Positions 1-10,846 of a DNA stretch of 47,201 bases are shown here, piece by piece. The stretch's first letter is position 1, and each line of letters opens with the position of its first letter. The stretch spans positions 1 through 47,201 of the forward strand of contig NW_021834613.1 of the NCBI RefSeq assembly GCF_006345805.1. Reading direction: 5' to 3'. The notes beneath the pieces were generated by a model, which was not told the DNA's origin, searched no databases, and worked only from the letters and a program-made list of their open reading frames with translations. Both the position numbers and the translations under genes were made by a program. The stretch comes from Octopus sinensis (Eukaryota).

Positions 1-227
1 CGGTTCATAATATAGAAGATATGTATATTTCATAGTTTGTTTCATTGCTTTCCTATCTTATTTTATTTTATTTTATTTTTTGGTGAATGGGGCCACTTTT
101 GATACTTCGTAATGTAAGAGCTTTGGATTGTCTTCCTGGTTTGAGAACACCGAGAGAATATCTTTTGTTCAATAGTTTGATCTCCCAACAAAACTCTTGA
201 TGTATTATTCTTGAACAAACTGTATAG

Positions 228-299
228 GAATCTGTCTATCTATCTATCTATCTATCTATCTATCATCTATCATCTATATCTAATCTATATATCTATCTA

Positions 300-344
<45 letters not shown>

Positions 345-383
345 ATCTATCTATTTATCTACCTACCTACCTACCTACCTACA

Positions 384-458
<75 letters not shown>

Positions 459-483
459 CTACCTACCTACATATCTACCTACA

Positions 484-554
<71 letters not shown>

Positions 555-594
555 ATATATATATATATATATATCTATCTTCCTATCTAGCTAG
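228..594. repeat. Compound microsatellite (TATC)n/(TA)n/(TACC)n
   Basis: Read directly; explains the YLSI-repeat ORF 211..594. Confidence 0.95.
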
Positions 595-855
595 CTTGCC
601 TACTATATATACATACATAGACACAGATACACATACATGTATATATATATATTGGTCTGTGTATCTCTCTGACTCCCTGTCAATCTATCTATCTATCGAC
701 CGATCGATCGATTTATCAACGTTTCTATCAGGTATCTGTCATTTTCTATGAACGTATATATGTGAACGTATATACACACGCACACACATGCACGCACATA
801 CAAATACGCACATATATGCATATATGATTAATATGAATATACATATATGAACATG

Positions 856-912
<57 letters not shown>

Positions 913-1409
913 ATGATTTTTACATACATGTAATACAGTCATGATTCTAATAATCTTTGTCCATCTGAGATTTTTACCATTGAGAGTGCACAATTTTTCA
1001 ACAAGTATTGAGTGCTATGACTCGATGGTTTTGTCTCTAAAACAAACCAGAAACTTTGCCCGCCAATGCACCACATACAGAAAATAAAAATGTTTCACAA
1101 AAGTGTGTTGTTTAAAGTTTAGATGTATCGGTGAGAATATCCTCTATCTGGTGTTGTTTGATTATAGATATTTACTCGATAAAGTATACAAACAATTATT
1201 CACGTCACAAACAGTTGTTTCATAACTGAAGCGGATATATCCTTACAAGACTGATGAAAAGTAACTGTATATACATATATGTGGTTGTATCTGTTTGCTT
1301 CTCTGTATGTTTGAACGTATGCATCATTTTCCAACCAAGACGAAAATAATTCTTGTATGAATTAACATCAAGTGTTTTTAGCGTTTAAATAGATCAGCGC
1401 TGAGATATG

Positions 1410-1587
1410 TTTTGGTCGATGCTTGGCTGAATGGTAAGAAGTTTTCTTGCAAACCACATACTTCCGGCTTCAGTCCCAATCCGTGGTAACTTGGACACTT
1501 AGGCAGCTTAGCACGCGTTTTATACAATAGCCTTGGGTCGATCAAAGATTTGTGAGTGAATTGGCAAAGGGAAACTGGAAGAAGCAC

Positions 1588-1590
<3 letters not shown>
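1410..1590 (+). mobile_element. Degenerate 5' half of SINE family A
   Basis: 'cagtcccaatccgtgg...atagccttgggtcgatcaaagatttgtgagtgaattggcaaagggaaactggaagaagc' aligns by eye to the family A copies at 3049 and 17297. Confidence 0.7.
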
Positions 1591-1627
<37 letters not shown>

Positions 1628-1823
1628 ATTCTCTAAACGAGATATAGACAGTAACTGCTCCATCACATAAGGGACATTAGCCATTTGAATGTGGCTAGGG
1701 ACAGGGCAGGGCGGTGGGGGTGTTACTGATGCATTTAGCCCCAGGCGATCATCAACGTCACCAGATAGGCTGACACCATCACGGTGTCCTCTATCCTGCA
1801 AAGGGAGATCATTCCCCGAAGAA

Positions 1824-1889
1824 GCGGATGCCACATACGGACCCAGGTTTCAAGGTATTTGCCTATCGTCAACGTATGGCAGGCACCGC
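1824..1889 (-). ncRNA. Type I hammerhead ribozyme motif, copy A
   Basis: Minus strand: GCGG-TGCC-TGC-CATACG TTGACGA TAGG-CAAATA-CCTT GAAA CCTGGG TC CGTATG-T-GGCA-T-CCGC; predicted GUC cleavage at the complement of 1840. Core deviates from consensus (C3U, U10.1-U11.1). Confidence 0.75.
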
Positions 1890-1949
1890 TCCTCGACGAA
1901 CAACTTCCCGTGCAGGATATTTATATATAGATTTTCACGTAAATACATA

Positions 1950-2016
1950 GCGGTTGCCTGCCATACGTTGACGATAGGCAAATACCTTGAAACCTGGGTC
2001 CGTATGTGGCATCCGC
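1950..2016 (+). ncRNA. Type I hammerhead ribozyme motif, copy B
   Basis: Stem I CATACG(1962-1967)/CGTATG(2001-2006); core TTGACGA 1968-1974; stem II AGG/CCT with loop CAAATA; GAAA 1989-1992; quasi-palindromic ACCTGGGT; GUC cleavage after C2000. Confidence 0.78.
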
Positions 2017-2305
2017 TTCTTCGGGGAATGATCTCCCTTTGCAGGATAGAGGACACCGTGATGGTGTCAGCCTATCTGGTGCGTTGATGATCGCCTGGGG
2101 CTAAATGCATCAGTACACAACCCACCGCTCTGCCCTGTCCCTAGCCACATTCAAAGGGCTAATGTCCCTATGTGATGGAGCAGTTACTGTCTATATCTCG
2201 TTTAGAGAATTATTATTGCTGTCGAACAGATTTTCGAAATCAGTAAATGTATTTACGTGAAAATCTATATATAAATATCCTGCACGGGAAGTTGTTCGTC
2301 GAGGA

Positions 2306-2371
2306 GCGGTGCCTGCCATACGTTGACGATAGGCAAATACCTTGAAACTTGGGTCCGTATGTGGCATCCGC
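2306..2371 (+). ncRNA. Type I hammerhead ribozyme motif, copy C
   Basis: Same architecture as copy B with stem III ACTTGGGT; predicted cleavage after C2355. Confidence 0.78.
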
Positions 2372-2661
2372 TTCTTCGGGGAATGATCTCCCTTTGCAGG
2401 ATAGAGGACACCGTGATGGTGTCAGCCTATCTGGTGACGTTGATGATCGCCTGGGGCTAAATGCATCAGTAACAACCCCACCGCTCTGCCCTGTCCCTAG
2501 CCACATTCAAAGGGCTAATGTCCCTTATGTGATGGAGCATTTACTGTCTATATCTCGTTTAGAGATTATTATTGCTGTCGAACAGATTTTCGAAATCAGT
2601 AATGTATTTACGTGAAAATCTATATATAAAATATCCTTCACGGGAAGTTGTTCGTCGAGGA

Positions 2662-2727
2662 GCGGTGCCTGCCATACGTTGACGATAGGCAAATAACCTT
2701 GAACTTGGGTCCGTATGTGGCATCCGC
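2662..2727 (+). ncRNA. Type I hammerhead ribozyme motif, copy D (indels: GAAC for GAAAC, extra A in loop II)
   Basis: Same stems; predicted cleavage after C2711. The single-base indels could be decay or sequencing error. Confidence 0.6.
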
Positions 2728-3048
2728 TTCTTCGGGGAATGATCTCCCTTTGCAGGATAGAGGACACCGTGATGGTGTCAGCCTATCTGGTGACGTTGAT
2801 GATCGCCTGGGGCTAATGCATCAGTAACCACCCCCCCGCCCTGCCCTGTCCCTAGCCACATTCAATGGCTAATGTCCCTTATGTGGTATATAATATATAT
2901 ATATATATATATATTATTTAATGTTTGGCCAGAATTGAAACAGTTGTAAGAGAATACGTTGGTTAGATTACTGCAGTTAATAAATAATATTGTTGCTACA
3001 TCTCCATTTTCTGAATTTTATTTTGTATATATATATATATATATATAT

Positions 3049-3419
3049 GCAGGAGTGGCTGTGTGGTAGGTAGCTTGTTTACCAACCACATGGTTTCGGG
3101 TTCAGTCCCACTGCGTGGCACCTTGGGCAAGTGTCTTCTACTATAGCCTCGGGCCGACCAAAGCCTTGTGAGTGGATTTGGTAGACGGAAACTGAAGGAA
3201 GCCCGTCGTATATATGTATATATATGCGTGTGTGTGTTTGTTCCCCTAGCATTGCTTGACAACCGATGCTGGTGTGTTTATGTCCCCGTTACTTAGCGGT
3301 TCGGCAAAAGAGACCGATAGAATATGTACTGGGCTTACAAAAGAATAAGTCCCGGGGTCGAGTTGCTTGATTAAAGGCAGTGCTCCAGCATGGCCGCAGT
3401 CAAATGACTGAAACAAGTA

Positions 3420-3422
<3 letters not shown>
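3049..3422 (+). mobile_element. SINE family A, full length (tRNA-like head; CORE-like segment resembling octopus OR-type SINEs)
   Basis: Head 'gcaggagtggctgtgtggtag...gggttcagtccca' with A/B-box-like motifs, 'ccttgggcaagtgtcttct', internal (TA)/(TG), tail 'ccagcatggccgcagtcaaatgactgaaac'; many copies in the window. Family name from memory. Confidence 0.85.
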
Positions 3423-3464
<42 letters not shown>

Positions 3465-3539
3465 GTATTTATACTTATATACATAAAGAGAGAGAGAAAT
3501 GTGTGTGTGCGTATGTTTGTGTATGCGGGAATGTCTTTG

Positions 3540-3740
3540 TGCCTATGTTTGTCCCCCACTACCGCTTAACAACTACCGTTGGCATGTTTTCGTCCCCGTA
3601 ACATTGCTGCTCGGCAGAAGAACTGACAGAATAAGTACCAGGCTTAGAAACTTATGTACAGGGGTAGTTTCGTTTGAATAAAAATTCTTCAAGACTGTGC
3701 CCCAGAATGGCCGCAGTCTAATGACTGAAAGAAATAAGAG
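3540..3740 (+). mobile_element. Degenerate 3' half of SINE family A
   Basis: 'cgtccccgtaac...agaataagtacc...ccagaatggccgcagtctaatgactgaaa'. Confidence 0.7.
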
Positions 3741-3948
3741 TTAAAAGATACGAACATGTCTGCGTGTGGTGGGGGTATGTGCGTATGTGTATATTCGCAT
3801 GTGAGCGTAAGTTCGCCCAGAATACCTTTGATTGTGAGTATAGACATTCCTATTGAGTTTACTCTGAAGGAGTTATCCTTTCCTCTGTAGTCACAAGGCC
3901 TGAAACTCATTAACAGGGGCAAATCAATTACATAAAAACCAGTCCTCA

Positions 3949-4088
3949 ACTGGTTCTTATTTTATCGACCCCAAGAGAATGAAAGACAAAGTCGACGTTG
4001 GCGGAATTTGAACTCAGAACATAAAGACGGACGAAATTTTGCTAAGAAATATAGCAGACATGCTAACGATTGTGACCGCTCGCTGCCT
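3949..4088 (-). mobile_element. SINE family C, 5' part
   Basis: Reverse complement matches 'ggcggcgagctgg...gttctgagttcaaattccgcc...gtcgactttg...ggggtcgat'. Confidence 0.75.
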
Positions 4089-5809
4089 TCAGCACTGAAG
4101 TAATATTACAGATTATTGTAAGTGGCCTAATATTTTGTGGTGACTTAGACAGGTTTAGTAGTCACTGGCGCAAAATTATTGCAATTTCTAGCCATTTTAT
4201 GTAACCAAGATTGCTTAGTATAAATGAAATTAATGTGAGCAGAACATATTGGATCACGCATGGAAAATAAACGAAATCGATGGTGGAAATTGTTAAACCT
4301 TTCAAGGAAAGCAAGAGAATGAGAGAGAGAGTTTGTACTAGCATGCAATGTGAAGTAATAAATGATTACGTAACAAATAAAGAAGAAATAAATAAAATAA
4401 AGAACACCATTTACTGAAAGAAGAAAGGAATACTGGGAATTAAAAAAACGAATCAGTGAATGATATGAGAGAGAGAAAAAAATGAGGGTTTGTGAAGAAG
4501 TGCAAATAATGAGGAAAGAAAAGAGAGAGAGAGAGAGAGGAAGGAGAAATAGATCATGATCAAAACAGAAATCAAGTATTCTATGGAATGTTAAAAAAAT
4601 AACAGAAAGAAAATGAAACGAAGGGAATGGTAACTAAATGCAAATGGCTGCCAAATGCTACAAATGCAACATTAAGCTATCTCAGATTGTGGTAGCACAT
4701 TTTATAAAGTTATTAATTAGCTAGACGCCATTAATTTTAATTAGCAAAAACGAGGAGGTTTAAAGCGTCTATGACGGTAGTTATAGTTATAAGGGTTGGT
4801 GATATGTGCACTGGTGGGTGGGCCTCGCATTCTATAGAGAGATTTAATCCCAGATTAAGATGTGTCTTCTTTCGATTCGGACACATATGCAATGGGTTCG
4901 CCGGCGTCAAAGAAGGGCTTTCAAGACTTAATTGCTGGTTGCATGGGAACTTCATTCTAGCAAACGGCAGAATTAAAGAGAGGGGAGAAGAAAAACAAAG
5001 AAAAAATAGAAATAGGGATGGAATGTAATTAGGGTTACTATATTAGGTGAGGTGGATGTGTGGACGCGAGGATGAGCTGGGGAAGATACTGAAACTGGGC
5101 GTAAAGGAGAATGGATTACAGAGAATGTTATGGAAGAGAGACAGACACTGAGGGGTAAAGATTGTTATGGCATAAGCAGGGAAAGGGTTAATGTTATATA
5201 AAGGGGAGGATTGAATAGGGAGTTAAAAAATAATGAAGTGAACGAGGAAGAGCTGGGTTGTGGGGAGAGATGGAATGATATAGAGAGAGGGTTGGAGACA
5301 GAGAGTGAATGATAGAGAAAGAGAGAAACTAAAAGTAAACAAGAGGAAGATGAAAACAGATAAAAGGAAACAGAAATGAAAGGACCACAGGGAGAGGTTA
5401 AGGGGTCAGAGAATGAGAAAAAGGAGGGTTAGAGGGACATTTAAAGAACCGTAAACAAAATGAAAATGTGGAATTTGCAGGAGGGAATTTCAAAAAGCGA
5501 AAGCAAAGAAATGTCTGAGAAAGAGAGGGAGAGAAATATTTAAGGACTGAAAGATTGTTAGAGAAAAACAAGAAGAGAAAAACAAGGGAACAGAGAGAGA
5601 ACGGCGAAAAGAGAGGAAGAGCGGGAGAAAAGAAGAGACGTAGAGAACGAGGAATATGAAGAACATTTGCTGAATTTTTGTTTCATTGCGTTTAACGAGG
5701 AGAGGAGATTGTCTGAAGGTCGCGATGGGATGCAGTGAAACGCGAATTGTACGATAAACATTATTTCATAAATATATATATCAAAGATAATCTGGAACTC
5801 AAGTGAGGA

Positions 5810-6080
5810 AAGAAAACTTTCTAATGACCTGTCCGTGTTTTTTCTTGTCCCTCTTTTCTGTTTGGATATTTTGTTGTCCCTTTTTGTATTATCTAGCTGT
5901 CTGGAAGTTTTGTGTTCTTGTCCCATTTTTTAATATTCATTTGTGTGGGATAAATTTGAGTTGCATAATAGGGGTTTTATCTCTAATTTATATTTTATAT
6001 TTTTATATTGTGAAATTTAATTTAATACTAAATTGAATTTTTCCCTGTAAGTTTGGAGTTATACTCCCTAATATTATATA
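5810..6080. repeat. Dispersed AT-rich repeat: 5950-6080 resembles 34082-34200 in opposite orientation, and 5810-5940 resembles 37385-37470 in opposite orientation
   Basis: Shared strings 'ccaaa(c/t)ttacagggaaaaa', 'aattagaga(t/c)aaaacc(c/a)ctattatgcaa' and 'aatgacc(t/c)gtccgtgttt'. Confidence 0.6.
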
Positions 6081-6081
6081 T

Positions 6082-6476
6082 ATATAAATTTTTAGATTAT
6101 CTGTACGATATTACAAATTATACTTTTTATGCCTACGTGTTATTTTGTTATGATGACGTGTTATTATTAAAAGCTTGTCTCTCATTGGATGAAATTTCTG
6201 CACGATGCACTGCTCTTTTGGCAAGGGAGACAAGCCGGTCGGGAGGAAGGTGAAGAAATTCCATAAATTTAGCGGATAGGCAATCGTGAAGAGCCTTTAC
6301 GCTATATCTCTCTAATGAAAACCTTCACCTCCCTCCCGACCGGTTTGTCTCCCTTGCCAAAAGAGCAGTGCATAGTGCAAAAATTTCATCCAATCAGAGA
6401 CAAGCTTTTAATAATAACACGAAGGCATAAAAAAGAATAATTTGTAAAATTGTACACATAATCTAAAAATTTATAT
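6082..6476. mobile_element. Fold-back (MITE-like) element, arms about 6082-6255 and 6323-6476
   Basis: 'tgcactgctcttttggcaagggagacaagccggtcgggag' pairs with 'ctcccgaccggtttgtctcccttgccaaaagagcagtgca'; the left arm has an extra insert of about 25 bp. Confidence 0.85.
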
Positions 6477-6775
6477 TCATATTCTTTATTATATAAATTG
6501 TAATGTCTTTGAGATACTTTATATTTTTGTGAAATAATTAAAATAAAGTTTTAAAAAAAAGAGCAATGCACAAAAAAGAAGGAAATGATCGCTCGGCCTA
6601 TTTGGTCGGTCGGTCATTTCCTTTTTTAAATTTTTTTCATATAATTTGTTTATATATTCAAATATATTTGTATATTAATTGAAATACATACATTTACCCA
6701 ATATTTATATTTATATTACATTTATGAATTTGTTTTGTAAGATTCCTGATGTGAAATTGTGTGTTGAAACAGATA

Positions 6776-7220
6776 TTGTTATATCTAAAAAAAACAAATG
6801 TATGTTTTTCGTTTTGGGATTTGGTTTGCAAGATTCCTTATATGAGTTCGTGTGTTCAAGCATATTCTGTTGCGTCAGGAGAGAGTCATTTTCTCCTCAA
6901 ACCAGTGGCCTTTTTATTTGCTAGAAATCTTTACGTTTGATGAGAGTAATCTCTATTTCAAAATGTATGTTTGTAACTTAGTAAGTTTGTTATATCTAAA
7001 AAAAACAAATGTATGTTTTTCGTTTGGGATTGGTTTGCAAGATTCCTTATATGAGTTCGTGTGTTCAAGCATATTCTGTTGCGTCAGGAGAGAGTCATTT
7101 TCTCCTCAAACCAGTGGCCTTTTTATTTGCTAGAAATCTTTACGTTTGATGAGAGTAAATCTCTATTTCAAAATGTATGTTTGTAACTTAGTAAGTTTGT
7201 TATATCTAAAAAAAACAAAT
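6776..7220. repeat. Direct tandem repeat, unit about 210-211 bp (two full copies plus a stub)
   Basis: 'ttgttatatctaaaaaaaacaaat' at 6776, 6987 and 7197, with near-identical intervening sequence. Confidence 0.92.
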
Positions 7221-7319
7221 CTAAAATGTAACACGAAGTTGTTAGATATGGCCTTATTTCGGAATGGTCTTTTTTTAATATTATTTGGCAAAAAAAAATG
7301 ACCATCCCGAAATATAACA

Positions 7320-7358
7320 ATATATATATATTCATATATATATATACACATATATATG

Positions 7359-7418
<60 letters not shown>

Positions 7419-7505
7419 TGTATGTATGTATGTATGTATGTATGTATGTATGTAGTATGTATGTATGTATGTATGTATGTATGCATGTATGTATGCATGT
7501 ATGTA
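7320..7505. repeat. (TA)n/(TATG)n microsatellite
   Basis: Read directly. Confidence 0.95.
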
Positions 7506-8084
7506 TTTCCATAGGTAACAATCTCATCGAGTTAAACATATATAAACTACTTAACATATTTAGTTTATCATTTATACGTTGTTATCCGTACTTAGTTGTT
7601 TCTTTCCGACTTAGTATCCTCTCATATCTAACTAATACGTGACTACATCGTAACGTTGTGTCTACACCGAGGCAGACATTTTGATCTACTAGTCTTACTA
7701 CGCTAATTTTAAACACAATAATATATATACATGCTAATAGATTATTCCTACAGGACACGCCATTTTAACCCGTTAGTACTTCTTTTACAAGTTCTTTCTA
7801 ACAATTGTATTTACTCAACACAATCCAATTAAGTGTAAGTATATATTTTTTTTTTAGATTTTTATTCGTTCACCAATCTTCACTTTCCAAACTTGACATT
7901 GATCTAATAATTACCTCCCAATGGACACAATTTTCGTTTAAGAGCACAAATTGATAACCCGATTAAACCCATAATCCGTATAGACATACACTCTTCTCTC
8001 CAAACTGCAATCATCGGGAACATCAGAAGCGTTTATTCTGAAACTTTCAATGCAGACAACTGTAACGCTTTGTGTGCCCTTTTG

Positions 8085-8107
8085 TTATCTATCTATCTAT
8101 CTATCTA

Positions 8108-8159
<52 letters not shown>

Positions 8160-8209
8160 GATCTATCTATCTATCTATCTATCTCTATCTATCTATCTAT
8201 CGATCGATA

Positions 8210-8276
<67 letters not shown>

Positions 8277-8350
8277 TCATCTCTCTTTCCCTATCTCACT
8301 CCTGCTCTCTCTCTTTCTCTCTTTCTACCTATATATATATATATATATAC
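8085..8350. repeat. (TATC)n/(TC)n/(TA)n microsatellite
   Basis: Read directly. Confidence 0.95.
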
Positions 8351-8749
8351 ACGTATAAAGTAAGCGAAATATATGTATAGATTTTACAATTGTGGTGTGG
8401 ATGTAATGTGTTTACATGCACAAATATTTGACTTCCTTGCATATATTAATCGTGCATACATGAATATCTAGATACATGTGTATGAATATTTATAAGAATG
8501 CACAAATGTACCTGTGCATGCATGTATATACTGACGTACATACGCACGCCCGCACACACAAGCATACACACATATCCATATCTTTGACGGTATATACATG
8601 TGTGTATGTGTGTGTGTGTATGCGTGCTTGTGTATCTGTGTGTATTTGACAATATGAATTACTGAACGCTTGTGTTTACAAAGAAATAAAATAATTACTG
8701 AATACAGGAAGCAGATTTTGTGTACCTTATTAAGTACTCTTCCCGAATA

Positions 8750-8801
8750 CATAGATAGACAGGCAGACAGACAGACAGACACATAGATAGATAGATAGAT
8801 G

Positions 8802-8838
<37 letters not shown>

Positions 8839-8864
8839 GCAGACAGACAGATAGATAGATAGAG

Positions 8865-8924
<60 letters not shown>

Positions 8925-8925
8925 T
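8750..8925. repeat. (GATA)n/(GACA)n microsatellite
   Basis: Read directly. Confidence 0.95.
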
Positions 8926-9360
8926 ATACAAATGATCGCATATTTAGAATAGAATATATAACGACATCCAGGTATTTATCAATAATCGCAACTGCATTAG
9001 CTGTCGCCCAATAGCCACTGTGTTTGCTGTTCTGCCCTTTACAAATATAATATTGAATGTATGAAAACGCCACGTTTTTTTTCTTTAATTTTGTGAATCA
9101 ATGAATATTGCGCTGTCTCCGGGAGATGAATGGACAATACGTGAAGTTCTTTCAAATGGATTTGGTCTTTTTTTTCCTTTTACAATCAATCAAATATTGA
9201 TGACTAATTGTGCTTTGATACGTTTGCGAATAATTTTGCTTACATGTTGTCACATCTGTTTCCTTTTTGCTCCTCTTCAAGTGTTTGAATAAACGCTAGA
9301 ATAAAACTTACAGATACTCCTCAAAACGATTTGGCCTTTGTTAATAAGGCATGTACGTGG

Positions 9361-9746
9361 ATCATCATCATCCTAGTCAGGTGTCACACTATGCGATGCT
9401 GTGGTCATCACGATGTCTTGTCACTTTCTCCTGTCCTCTACCCCCATGGACAGCTGAGAATAAAGACAAATCCTGTGGCTGCGATGTCTTTCAGCCAAGA
9501 AGTGGGTGCTCTGCCTCTTTTACGTCTGCCGTTCACCTTACCAGTTATGATCGTTCGCTCAAGTCCAAAGACGTGGCCAAAGACGTGGCCAAAGAACCGT
9601 AGCTTTCGCTTCATGATGTTTCGCGAAGCGTCATCTCGCAACCGAGCTTTTCTAGTACCCCTTCTCTCCGTCCACGACAATCTAAGGATTCTGCGGTAAC
9701 ACCACATTTCAAAAGCGCTCACTCTTTTCTTGTCCGCCTTCAACAT
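9361..9746 (-). mobile_element. RTE-clade LINE, 5'-truncated 3' end (ORF2 C-terminus and 3' UTR)
   Basis: Translation 'KADKKRVSAFEMWCYRRILRLSWTERR...KRKLRFFGHV...LERTIITGKVNGRRKRGRAPTSWLKDI' is the typical RTE C-terminus; ends in (GAT)n; a 12-bp duplication gives FGHVFGHV. Confidence 0.92.
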
Positions 9747-9754
9747 TGTCGAAC

Positions 9755-9779
9755 ATTATTATTGTTATTATTATTATTA

Positions 9780-9824
<45 letters not shown>

Positions 9825-9867
9825 TATTATTATATTATTATTATTATTATATTATCATTATTATTAT

Positions 9868-9917
<50 letters not shown>

Positions 9918-9960
9918 CATTATCATCATCATCATCATCATTATTATTATTATTATTATA
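9755..9960. repeat. (ATT)n/(ATC)n microsatellite
   Basis: Read directly. Confidence 0.95.
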
Positions 9961-10299
9961 TCTTCCTTCTTTCTTCAAATTTTCTTCCGTTTCTCGCCGA
10001 GTGTTTTCCGTACACCTAGGACAGAGAAGCTCATTGTATGCATTCCCAGATTACACGCGCAAATTCACAGGTAAAATATGTATTTAAAAAATTAATAAAT
10101 AAATAAATTCATGAATGGATGTTGATCTCACAACGATAATGCTCTTCTCAGTACATGAGCCGTTCCAGTTAATACGATATTTTGCACTTCCAGTAGGGAT
10201 GGTAAACCTGGTATCATTTTCAAATAGGTTTCAGTACCTTTTTTTTATCATTCCTAGAGATCCTACAATCACTGGTACTGTAGTCGCCTTGAGATACCA

Positions 10300-10302
<3 letters not shown>
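9961..10302 (-). mobile_element. R4/Dong-like LINE with restriction-like endonuclease, 3' fragment 1
   Basis: Minus-strand translation, allowing one frameshift in an A8 run: MWYLKATTVPVIVGSLGMIKKGTETYLKMIPGLPSLLEVQNIVLTGTAHVLRRALSL*, then a 3' UTR; (ATT)n on both sides. Confidence 0.85.
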
Positions 10303-10386
<84 letters not shown>

Positions 10387-10389
<3 letters not shown>

Positions 10390-10846
10390 TAATATATTTT
10401 TTATATCGTGCTTTCACTTCACTACCGAACGCAGCTCTGTGTGCCTTGGGTATGTGATGTGATTTGTTGTGATGCTCTGTTGGTTATTGTATGGAAAGTG
10501 TTCTGCTTAGGATGTGTGCAGTGCCTAGTAGTGCAATTTTCTGTATGTTATATGTGTTTGTAAGTCCTGGTGTTTTTGTTATGTATATCTCTGAATATTT
10601 TTTTATCATGCCTAATGCACCTACTATGATAGGAATTGTTTCTGTTTTTAGATTCCACATTCTGGTTACCTCCATTTCCAGGTCTTTGTATTTTGAAAGT
10701 TTCTCCATTTCTTTTAGAGACACGTTGTCATCCGCTGGTATTGATACATCAATTAGAAAACGTTTTTTTTTCTTCATGATCTCTGACAACTATATCTGGT
10801 CTGTTGGCCTTAATTTCTCTATCTGTGTGTATTGGCATATCCCAAT
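10387..10846 (-). mobile_element. R4/Dong-like LINE with restriction-like endonuclease, 3' fragment 2
   Basis: WDMPIHTDREIKANRPDIVVRDHEEKK-(frameshift)-RFLIDVSIPADDNVSLKEMEKLSKYKDLEMEVTRMWNLKTETIPIIVGALG...IQKIALLGTAHILSRTLSIQ*; RPD...D...EK..KY endonuclease motif; flanked by (ATT)n. Confidence 0.92.

Larger units (their letters stand above)
1622..2885. mobile_element. Array of a 355-356 bp GC-rich, hammerhead-containing unit (retrozyme-like or Penelope pLTR-like): inverted copy 1622-1948, direct copies from 1949, 2305 and 2661 (last truncated at about 2885)
   Basis: 'agcgg(t)tgcctgccatacgttgacgataggc' recurs at 1949, 2305 and 2661; 1622-1948 is the reverse complement of the unit; (TA)n tracts flank both ends. 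Confidence 0.9.

Noticed and set aside
1520-2767. ORFs of 68-132 aa within the 356-bp array
   Set aside because: They occur on both strands, are broken by indels between copies, and have no recognisable domain; RNA structure explains the sequence better.
1622-2885. CRISPR array interpretation of the tandem units
   Set aside because: Units are long and near-identical with no unique spacers, and the context is eukaryotic.
4737-5028. Possible LINE RT remnant or exon
   Set aside because: Similarity is too faint to support by eye.
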